Notes under the pieces: generated by a model
Databases searched by the model: none
What the model was told of the DNA's origin: nothing
The model's input: only the letters and a program-made list of their open reading frames with translations
Source of the DNA: Thermoplasmatota archaeon
GTDB taxonomy: Archaea > Thermoplasmatota > Penumbrarchaeia > Penumbrarchaeales > Penumbrarchaeaceae
NCBI GenBank assembly: GCA_029762535.1
Contig: JARVGK010000028.1
Location: 1 to 22,795 of the forward strand
Length of the DNA stretch: 22,795 nucleotides
Direction of reading: 5' to 3'
In this document: positions 1 through 7,238 of the stretch, piece by piece
How the letters are laid out: each line of letters starts with the position of its first letter
How positions within the stretch are numbered: position 1 is the first letter of the stretch
Made by a program: the position numbers and the translations under genes

Positions 1-390
1 CCAGCAATCAGATCGAAACTCTCGATGAGATAATGAGCTACAATGACAATCTTTACAGGGCATATCTGATGAAGGAACATATAGCTGATATCTTTGATGA
101 AGAGGATGTAAATGAATCCATGAGAAGACTTCAAAGTTGGAAGCGAAACGTTATAGATACAGCATTAAAACCTTTGATCAAGGTCATGAATATGATATCA
201 AATTACGAGTATGGTGTAAGGAATTACTTCAAGCATAAGATAACCAATGCTGGAAGTGAAGGAATCAATACCAAGATCAATATCATAAAGAGAAAAGCAT
301 ATGGATATGCCGACCTTGATTACTTTATGTTGAAGATCTTTCAAACCTGTGGAGTGACGAAATCATGATGCCGAAATTTGGAGAAGAGAC
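1..390 (+). mobile_element. Right end of an ISL3-family insertion sequence; probable terminal inverted repeat ending at 390
   Basis: The transposase stop at 368 is followed by ...GGAGAAGAGAC (rc GTCTCTTC, resembling GGCTCTTC-type ISL3 ends). Next comes an AT-rich 8-mer ATAATTAT (391-398), which fits an 8-bp ISL3 target duplication. The left end is not in the window. Confidence 0.65.
3..368 (+). CDS. ISL3-family transposase, C-terminal part (5'-truncated by the window edge)
   Basis: The frame is open from base 3. It contains 'AYLMKE...IF', 'NYF...ITNAGSEGINTKINIIKRKAYGY', matching the ISL3 C-terminal motif (TN..EG.N.KIK..KR.AYG). Confidence 0.9.
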   Translation, partial: SNQIETLDEIMSYNDNLYRAYLMKEHIADIFDEEDVNESMRRLQSWKRNVIDTALKPLIKVMNMISNYEYGVRNYFKHKITNAGSEGINTKINIIKRKAYGYADLDYFMLKIFQTCGVTKS

Positions 391-489
391 ATAATTATTA
401 TCGATCATCACTCCAAAGGATACAATGATCATCATCATGGTCACGATGAATCCGAAAAGCCTTTTCGGTAACTTTTGTTTCATCTTCAT
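391..489 (-). pseudogene. 5' fragment (signal peptide) of a secreted or membrane protein gene interrupted by the ISL3 element
   Basis: MKMKQKLPKRLFGFIVTMMMIIVSFGVMIDNNY has a basic n-region and a hydrophobic h-region, with purine-rich GGAAGGGG upstream. The frame runs into the putative IS end at 390. Confidence 0.55.
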
Positions 490-610
490 ATCTATACCCC
501 TTCCAAAACTCATAGTTACATGATGGTACTTATGACATTTATATTTAATCGGAAATTAATTTATATATGGAGTACATACAATACTTCCCGACGAATAACA
601 CTCCGGGGAA

Positions 611-870
611 ATGACCAAGTTATCGGATAAGAAGATCCGATGGATGTGCCGCCATATAGTGGATCTCAAGGACTGGGACAAAAACAAGGTGGCACAGATC
701 TATGGCATTTCCGTCAGAAGAGTAGAGCAAGTGGTACGTTCATATACCCAGACAAGGACGATCCCTAAGCTGAAGAAGAACAGAAAGCCCAAGGCCAGCC
801 CTATTATCCATAGAAATAAGGTTCATCGGCCATCTCCTGAAGTAAAAAAGGGTAAGATCATTAAAGGATG
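611..870 (+). pseudogene. Degenerate IS481-like transposase N-terminus (HTH region; no DDE domain)
   Basis: MTKLSDKKIRWMCR...VAQIYGISVRRVEQVVRSY...IPKL..NRKPK resembles archaeal IS481-type N-termini. The 'HRNKVH' motif follows too early, suggesting an internal deletion, and similarity is then lost. The end coordinate is approximate. Confidence 0.6.
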
Positions 871-1116
871 CCATGATGAAGAACAATGCCTTGTGAAAAA
901 ATTCCTCTTTAAACGAACTGGGAGCAAACCTTATTACTATATACTAGTAGAGGATTATAAAGAGGGATCGCCCAAGAAGGGATCTCCTCAGGAACGAAAT
1001 CATAAAAACATATATATAAGACAATAAATGCCCACTAAAGAGTGTTTAGTTGATACCTTCGTGCCCGCCATAAATTATTTCTCAATAAAAGGGCACGGGG
1101 ATCCCGAATTCCGGCC

Positions 1117-1131
1117 AAAGAGATTTAAATG
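1117..1131 (+). promoter_or_regulatory. Putative archaeal BRE/TATA promoter for the S9 peptidase (likely leaderless)
   Basis: CAAAGAGATTTAAAT, with the TTTAAA core about 25 bp upstream of ATG 1152 and no obvious RBS. Confidence 0.5.
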
Positions 1132-1151
1132 CCTCCTCTCTACCCGTATCC

Positions 1152-3209
1152 ATGAACGAGAAAAGACCAATAACATTCAAAGACCTCATCGGGATCCCCC
1201 GGGTCTCCGCCCCCGCGGTACACCCTTCCGGGCGCTACATAGCTTATGTCCTCTCAAAACACGATCCCGTCAAGAACAAGGTCAGTTCGACGATCATGCT
1301 GCATGATATTGAAAATGGATCTGATCGCGATCTCACCCCCGGCGATCACAAGGACTCCTCCCCCTCCTGGAGCCCCGAAGGGGATCATCTCGCATTCTCC
1401 TCGGACAGGGAGGGCGGATCCCAGCTTTGGATCCTACCTTTCTCCTCCGGAGGCGAGGCCTACAGGATCACCTCGGGGGACGGGGGGATCTCGAACCCCA
1501 TATGGGCCCCGGACTCGAGAAGGATCGCCTTCTCCAGGTCAGTGGTGGTATCCCCACATTGGGACGGTAACGCGGAGGGCCTCCCCTCCGATGAGAAGGA
1601 GAAGGAGCGCTTGAAACATGCCAGAACCTACGGCCTAGTCAACGATCGCTCGAGCGCGAGGATCGAGTCGTCCCTGCTGTACCGCCACTGGGACAGCTGG
1701 AGGGGGATGACACGCTCACATCTGTTCCTCGTCGATATAGACTCGGGGGAGATCGCCGATATCACCCCGGGTGACGCCGATGTCCCTCCGATCAGCCTGG
1801 GAGGCAACCAAGACTTCGTCTTCTCGCCCGATGGCCGGGAGATCGCCTACGTCAAGAACCCCGACCCCGTCGTGGCGATCTCCACGAACAACTCGGTCTT
1901 CAGGCAGACTCTTGACGGGATCCACCCTGTCGGCGATCCCGTGGACGTCACGGGCTGCGATGCGATGGAGCTGGAGCCCAGGTACACCCCAGATGGGTCC
2001 CGCCTCCTCTTCCTGGGAGCGGACCGTCCTGGATACGAGGCCGACAGGCTGAGGATCAGGTGTTTGGACATAGTCTCTGGCGCCATCGAAACGCTGACCG
2101 AGGACCTGGACAGGTCCGCCTCCGATCCCGTATGGCACGGTGACAGGATATTCTTCCTCGCCCAGGACATGGGGCACATCTCCCTTTACAGCGTAGATCT
2201 CAAAGGCAGGGCCCTGCAGCACAGTTCTGGAACGACCCTCACGAGCCTCCGATCGATCCCGGGGAGCGGCCTTCTTGCGATCTCGGAGTCCATGACCCGC
2301 CCCGGGGACCTCTTTATCGTCGAACCGGGAGAGGGTTTCAAGCCCGATACTAGCAAGCCTCGGAAAATAAAGGCGTTCTCCCCACCGATCGATAGGCTGA
2401 CCGATCACGGAGACCTTCCGGATATCGACCTGCCCTCCCCGGAGGAGTTCTGGTTCAGCGGCTCCGACGGCGATCCCGTCCACGGATCCCTCCTCAGGCC
2501 CCCGGGGTTCAAGAAGGGAAAAAAATACCCCTTGCTTTTCATCATACACGGGGGTCCGCAATCGGCATTCCTCGACAATTTCCACTACAGGTGGAATCCA
2601 CAGCTGTTCGCCTCCGAGGGATACGTCGTATCCCTGATCAACCCCAGAGGCTCGACGGGATACGGCCAGGAGTTCACCGACCAGATCAGCGGGGACTGGG
2701 GGGGTAAATGCTACGAGGACCTCATGAAGGGTCTGGACCATCTTCTGGAGACGTACGACTTCATCGACCGTGACCGCATGGCCGCCCTGGGAGCGAGCTT
2801 CGGCGGCTTCATGGTGAACTGGATCGCCGGCCATACTCAGCGCTTCAAGGCGCTGGTCTCCCATGACGGCATATTCAACCAGGAGACCATGTCGTACATG
2901 ACCGAGGAGCTGTGGTTCGACATCTGGGAGCATGGAGGCATGCCCCATCAGAACATCGAATCGTTCCGGAAGTATTCACCCCATCTCTTCGTCGAGAACT
3001 TCAGTACGCCGATGCTCGTGATCCAGGGCGAGCAGGATTTCAGGTGCCCGGTATCCGAGGGGGTCTCCCTGTTCACGGCCCTGCAGGTGATGAAAGTGCC
3101 CTCGAAATTGCTGTATTTTCCTGACGAGGGGCACTGGGTGACAAAACCCGCGAACAGCCAGGTTTGGTACCACACGATCATGGATTTCCTCAAGGAGCAT
3201 CTTGGATGA
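1152..3209 (+). CDS. S9 family serine peptidase (S9C, dipeptidyl-peptidase 5/acylaminoacyl-peptidase-like), cytoplasmic
   Basis: N-terminal PD40/TolB-like propeller repeats (PSWSPEG, PIWAPDS, FVFSPDG), then IHGGPQ and NPRGSTGYG. Catalytic residues are Ser in GASFGG, Asp in QDFRC and His in DEGH. No signal peptide. Confidence 0.95.
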   Translation: MNEKRPITFKDLIGIPRVSAPAVHPSGRYIAYVLSKHDPVKNKVSSTIMLHDIENGSDRDLTPGDHKDSSPSWSPEGDHLAFSSDREGGSQLWILPFSSGGEAYRITSGDGGISNPIWAPDSRRIAFSRSVVVSPHWDGNAEGLPSDEKEKERLKHARTYGLVNDRSSARIESSLLYRHWDSWRGMTRSHLFLVDIDSGEIADITPGDADVPPISLGGNQDFVFSPDGREIAYVKNPDPVVAISTNNSVFRQTLDGIHPVGDPVDVTGCDAMELEPRYTPDGSRLLFLGADRPGYEADRLRIRCLDIVSGAIETLTEDLDRSASDPVWHGDRIFFLAQDMGHISLYSVDLKGRALQHSSGTTLTSLRSIPGSGLLAISESMTRPGDLFIVEPGEGFKPDTSKPRKIKAFSPPIDRLTDHGDLPDIDLPSPEEFWFSGSDGDPVHGSLLRPPGFKKGKKYPLLFIIHGGPQSAFLDNFHYRWNPQLFASEGYVVSLINPRGSTGYGQEFTDQISGDWGGKCYEDLMKGLDHLLETYDFIDRDRMAALGASFGGFMVNWIAGHTQRFKALVSHDGIFNQETMSYMTEELWFDIWEHGGMPHQNIESFRKYSPHLFVENFSTPMLVIQGEQDFRCPVSEGVSLFTALQVMKVPSKLLYFPDEGHWVTKPANSQVWYHTIMDFLKEHLG

Positions 3210-3772
3210 CGAGCCTGAAGCTGCTCAAGCAGGGTTATGTGACCGGAGGCAGCAGCTCCTACAGGGCCTCATCCTCGTGCGCCCTCATTGAGGACTCAGG
3301 CATCAAGGTCCTGGTGGACCCGGGGAGCAGCCCGGATGTCCCGGGCATGGTCGAGCGATGCGATATCATCTATCTCACTCATTCCCATATCGACCATTAC
3401 ATGAACGCAGGTTCGATCCCCCACAAGGCGATGATGGATCGTTTCTACACGTTCGAGGGGGATCGTCTGACGGAGCACGGATTGACCATTCCCGACACCG
3501 ATATTGAGATAATCCCCACACCGGGGCACAGCGTGGACCATTCATCCCTGCTAATAAAAACGGATCAGGGAAGGACGCTCATAGCGGGGGACCTCTTCTG
3601 GTGGCCCGATGCTGCCCCGGCTCCAGCAACGAGAAAGGAACTTCTGACGCTTCCGGACCTTTTCGCCACTGACCTGAAGGATCTCGGCAGGTCCCGCACC
3701 GCGGTCCTCGAAAAGGCTGATATCATAATACCAGGACACGGGGCTCCCGTCAATATCCAAGCTCTCCGATGA
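3206..3772 (+). CDS. Metallo-beta-lactamase-fold hydrolase (MBLAC1-like)
   Basis: LVDPG, THSHIDH, TPGH, AGDL and IPGHG motifs. The likely start ATG 3206 overlaps the peptidase stop (ATGA). Confidence 0.88.
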   Translation: MTSLKLLKQGYVTGGSSSYRASSSCALIEDSGIKVLVDPGSSPDVPGMVERCDIIYLTHSHIDHYMNAGSIPHKAMMDRFYTFEGDRLTEHGLTIPDTDIEIIPTPGHSVDHSSLLIKTDQGRTLIAGDLFWWPDAAPAPATRKELLTLPDLFATDLKDLGRSRTAVLEKADIIIPGHGAPVNIQALR

Positions 3773-4385
3773 GGGGCACGAAGACGCAGTATGTCAGCGT
3801 CCTCTCCTCCCATCGCCCACCCTTTTTGGTGTATCTCACGAGCCTCTGAGTGCCCCTGGCGGGCCCGACGACGCCAAGTATGATCCCATCTTCGTTGAGC
3901 TGTCCCCTCACGGTCTCTGGCACGTCGGGGGATCCGGCCGTATAGTATATCCTATCGTAGGGCGCCTCTAAATGATAACCTTTGGACCCGTCGCCTTTGA
4001 TCACCATGACGTTTTCGATCCCGGCCCTGCGCAGGTTTGCCCGCCCCCACTCCACGAGAGAGGGGACCCTTTCGACCGATACGACCCTTCCTTCGGGGCC
4101 GACTATCCTCGACACGATCGCCGCGTGGTATCCCGAACCGGTCCCGATCTCGAGCACCTTCATTCCCGATTCGACCCTTAGCTCCTCGGCCATTATGGCC
4201 ACCATGTGGGGGGCGGATATCGTCTGCCCATCCATGGTGGGGAGGGGTGTGTCCAGGTAGGCGTCTTTCTTTTGTTCCGGGGGAACGAAATATCGTCTAT
4301 CAACGGAGGAGAAGGCCATCTTGACAGCGTCGGACCTGATGAGGCCGGAGCGGATGAGCCCCTTCACCAGATCGTCATTGCCCAT
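3750..4385 (-). CDS. pcm: Protein-L-isoaspartate(D-aspartate) O-methyltransferase
   Basis: VDR..FVP, AY.D.PL, GQTISAPHM, VLEIGTGSGY, GDGSKG, APYDRI and FVPL motifs. Confidence 0.96.
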   Translation of the reverse strand: MGNDDLVKGLIRSGLIRSDAVKMAFSSVDRRYFVPPEQKKDAYLDTPLPTMDGQTISAPHMVAIMAEELRVESGMKVLEIGTGSGYHAAIVSRIVGPEGRVVSVERVPSLVEWGRANLRRAGIENVMVIKGDGSKGYHLEAPYDRIYYTAGSPDVPETVRGQLNEDGIILGVVGPARGTQRLVRYTKKGGRWEERTLTYCVFVPLIGELGY

Positions 4386-4389
4386 TGGA

Positions 4390-5640
4390 TCACCTCAATA
4401 TCGTCTGCTCTCTCCCTGGGCCGAATGATACGATCCCGACCCGAGCATGAGTGTTTTCCTCTATCAACCGAATATAGTCCATAACTCTATCGGCCACACC
4501 TTCTGACCAGTCCGGATGCCCCCAACCCTCCATCTCCACGTAAACGGGCTCGCACCGGGCGAGGTCCCTGATGTGGGAGGGGAAGTACTCCACCCTTCTG
4601 CCATCGAGCATGTAATGTGTGCATACCTCGATCCGATCCGATCCATCGAGCACGTCCAGTTTGGTCACCGCGAGCGTATCTATGGTGTTCCATGCGACGG
4701 AGCTCCTTACGACGACCAGGTCCAGCCATCCGCATCGGCGGGGCCTTCCTGTGGTCGTACCGAACTCGCCACCGGCCTTTCTGATCGCCTCCCCCTCCTC
4801 ACCTGACAGCTCGGTGGGGAAGGGCCCCTCCCCGACCCTTGTGGTATAGGCTTTGACCACGCCGTATATCCTATCGATATTGCGGGGCCCGATACCCGAT
4901 CCGGCACTGGCGTTGCCCGCCGTACAGGACGAGGATGTAACGAACGGATACGTCCCCCTGTCTATGTCAAGCATCTGTCCTTGGGCTCCTTCGAGCAGAA
5001 TGTCCTTTCCCTCTTTGACGAGGCCATTGAGCATATCGACCGTGTTCCTTATATGAGGCGCGAGCCTCTCCTGGACAGATCTCAGATCGGAAGCGATAGC
5101 GTCCGCTTCCATACCGGAGCCGTCGGCTCGTGGGCCGAGCTTTCTCAAAGCCTCATCTATCCTCTCCCTGACGACATCCTCATATGCCAGGTCTCCCGCC
5201 CTGATCCCGAACCTGCCGGCCCGGTCCATGTAGCATGGGCCGATACCTCTCCCGGTTGTCCCTACCTTGCCCGATCCTGACCTCTCGGATTCCTGTATCC
5301 CGTCGAGTAGTCGGTGATAGGGCATTATCAGATGCGCCCTGTCGGAGAGGAACACGTTATCGGCGGGGATCCCAAGCCCCTCAAGATATTCGAGCTCTTT
5401 TATGAGGACCCATGGGTCGACGACGCAGCCGTCGCCGATGACGGCGATCTTCCCCGGATGAATCGCCCCCGACGGTATGATGTGTAATTTCATCGTCCTG
5501 TCGCCGACCACTATGGTATGGCCCGCATTGTTGCCGCCTTGATATCTGACCACGGCATCGGATCTTCCCGCTAATATGTCGGTGATCTTCCCCTTCCCTT
5601 CGTCTCCCCATTGTGTGCCGAGCACTACCGCGCATGTCAT
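4390..5640 (-). CDS. purA: Adenylosuccinate synthetase
   Basis: QWGDEGKGK, GGNNAGHT, GTTGRGIGP, EGAQG, GTYPFVTSS, AYTTRVGEGPFPTE, EFGTTTGRPRRCGW and TKLDVLD motifs. Confidence 0.98.
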   Translation of the reverse strand: MTCAVVLGTQWGDEGKGKITDILAGRSDAVVRYQGGNNAGHTIVVGDRTMKLHIIPSGAIHPGKIAVIGDGCVVDPWVLIKELEYLEGLGIPADNVFLSDRAHLIMPYHRLLDGIQESERSGSGKVGTTGRGIGPCYMDRAGRFGIRAGDLAYEDVVRERIDEALRKLGPRADGSGMEADAIASDLRSVQERLAPHIRNTVDMLNGLVKEGKDILLEGAQGQMLDIDRGTYPFVTSSSCTAGNASAGSGIGPRNIDRIYGVVKAYTTRVGEGPFPTELSGEEGEAIRKAGGEFGTTTGRPRRCGWLDLVVVRSSVAWNTIDTLAVTKLDVLDGSDRIEVCTHYMLDGRRVEYFPSHIRDLARCEPVYVEMEGWGHPDWSEGVADRVMDYIRLIEENTHARVGIVSFGPGREQTILR

Positions 5641-5760
5641 AGATCGGACTATTGCCTGTCATTATATGAATGTGTCGAGTTGTGAATAATAACAAAACGG
5701 TTATATCCAGAATAGTCCATACAAGCGAAGCTCAATATTAAAACTGCGGGGTGAAGCGAT
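5641..5760. promoter_or_regulatory. Divergent AT-rich promoter region between purA and the ATPase cluster
   Basis: Minus-strand TTCATATAAT lies about 25 bp upstream of the purA ATG. On the plus strand there is AAAACGGTTATAT, plus a GGGGTGA RBS 7 nt before TTG 5761. Confidence 0.5.
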
Positions 5761-6444
5761 TTGTTCCATGGCACGATAATGGGCCTTGACAAGGTCTTCA
5801 AGAACGATGTGAAGCGGCCGAAGGTCATACTGATAACCGGGCCGCCAGGATCCCTAAAATCGAGTTTTCTATACACCATGCTGTCGAACTATCTGGACCA
5901 ATCCGGGGAGTTCGGTATATACACCACTCTCGAGGAGTCCGTTTCATCACATCTGGCCAACATGGAGAGCCTGGGGGTGAACCTGTGCATGAACATGCAG
6001 ATCACCGATTTCACGGACCTCAGGCAGGAGGGCGAGGAGGTGGACTATCTCCATTTCCTTGAGAAGATGCTCAAGCATTTCAAGGACAAGAAGGGGGACC
6101 AGTTCACTGTATTCGCGCTGGATTCCCTCGGAGCGCTATACTCCCTCATGGAAGGGAACGCCAACATGAGGAAGAGGATGTTCCATTTCTTCCAGAGCCT
6201 GAGGGACCTCAACCTGTACTCCTTCATCATCATGGAGAGGGCCATGGAAGGTGAATCCCATCTCCTTGGCAACGAGGGCTTCCTGGCCGATGGGATAATA
6301 TTCCTGGGCATGAAGAGGAAGCAGGGAAGGCTGTCGAGGTTCGTCCAGGTCGAGAAGATGAGGGCGACCGAACACTCGATGGAGATGCATGCCCTGGACA
6401 TACGCAGCGGACTGATCTCCGTTCTAGGGCCTATATTCGAATAG
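5761..6444 (+). CDS. Single-domain RAD55/KaiC-like (RecA-superfamily) ATPase
   Basis: 'GLDKVF', variant Walker A GPPGSLKS, 'TLEES', Walker B FALDS, 'ADGIIFL' and 'VEKMR'. TTG start with a GGTGA RBS. Confidence 0.9.
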   Translation: MFHGTIMGLDKVFKNDVKRPKVILITGPPGSLKSSFLYTMLSNYLDQSGEFGIYTTLEESVSSHLANMESLGVNLCMNMQITDFTDLRQEGEEVDYLHFLEKMLKHFKDKKGDQFTVFALDSLGALYSLMEGNANMRKRMFHFFQSLRDLNLYSFIIMERAMEGESHLLGNEGFLADGIIFLGMKRKQGRLSRFVQVEKMRATEHSMEMHALDIRSGLISVLGPIFE

Positions 6445-6455
6445 AGGAAGACGAC

Positions 6456-7238
6456 ATGAATCCGGATGAGAGGGACCCAAAGAGGACATGGCTGAACCAG
6501 CATGACAGCCTTCAGGAGGAGCTTCAGAAGCTCAAAGAGGAGATGAAAGCGGATATCAGGGAAGAGCCCATATCAGATCCCGAACCGGAGATCGCACGCA
6601 CCGGGAAACAGCAGCCCGCCGAGGAAGAGGACCCTGATCAGGAAGATGGAATGGAGGATCCCCCTAAAACTTCGGAGCTTTCGATCAAGGACATGTTAGG
6701 GTCCGTCGAGATCAGGGAAGCCCCGGTCACCGGTGACGGGCCAAAGTTGCAGAAACCGGAAGGTGCGATTCCGAAACATCCGGAGCTCACATCATACATA
6801 GCCAAGGTGATGCAGCATGAGAGCCGACTGAAACGAAAGAAGTTCGAAAGGGAAAAGGTCACAAATCCGAGGGAGGAGGCATCTCGAAGAAGCGAAGCTC
6901 CGGCGGTCAAAGATCCTCCGATCGATGAGGAGGTGAACCTCATCGAGGACCCACAACCTGGACCTGGCCCGGTGGTTGACCCTGCTCCTGAAAGGATCCC
7001 GGAACAGGAGCCTTTGACATCCGTTGATGCCCCCCCAGAAGAACGGACCGCCGATAACGACCCCCCGATATTGCAGGGCAACGGGCCCGTGCCGGAGCAG
7101 AGTGAAGCCGTAATGGAAGAGGGATCCTACAAAGAAGGAAAATATATGACGGATGTGAGCGATCCTAAGCCGAAGGACCAGCCTCCTGCAGGAAAGGGCT
7201 TTCTCGTGAGGATTAGGAGATTTCTCGGGAGGCGATGA
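6456..7238 (+). CDS. Hypothetical Pro/Glu/Asp-rich disordered protein with a C-terminal amphipathic helix
   Basis: Starts 11 bp after the ATPase stop with a GAGG RBS. Short N-terminal coiled coil (LQEELQKLKEEMK), P/E/D-rich body, and C-terminus GKGFLVRIRRFLGRR. Confidence 0.75.
   Translation: MNPDERDPKRTWLNQHDSLQEELQKLKEEMKADIREEPISDPEPEIARTGKQQPAEEEDPDQEDGMEDPPKTSELSIKDMLGSVEIREAPVTGDGPKLQKPEGAIPKHPELTSYIAKVMQHESRLKRKKFEREKVTNPREEASRRSEAPAVKDPPIDEEVNLIEDPQPGPGPVVDPAPERIPEQEPLTSVDAPPEERTADNDPPILQGNGPVPEQSEAVMEEGSYKEGKYMTDVSDPKPKDQPPAGKGFLVRIRRFLGRR

Noticed and set aside
325-513. 62-aa ORF as an intact gene
   Set aside because: Its 3' part lies in the ISL3 end and transposase, so it is treated as an interrupted gene fragment.
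1028-1306. 92-aa ORF
   Set aside because: It spans the promoter and start of the S9 peptidase in another frame and has no recognisable features.
1716-2948. 410-aa antisense ORF (and many similar shadow ORFs inside purA, the giant ORF and the S8 gene)
   Set aside because: They lie wholly opposite or within well-supported genes, have no motifs, and are expected from GC-rich codon bias.
5761-6444. Circadian KaiC or RadA recombinase
   Set aside because: It has a single domain, no kaiA/kaiB neighbours and no RadA N-terminal HhH domain.
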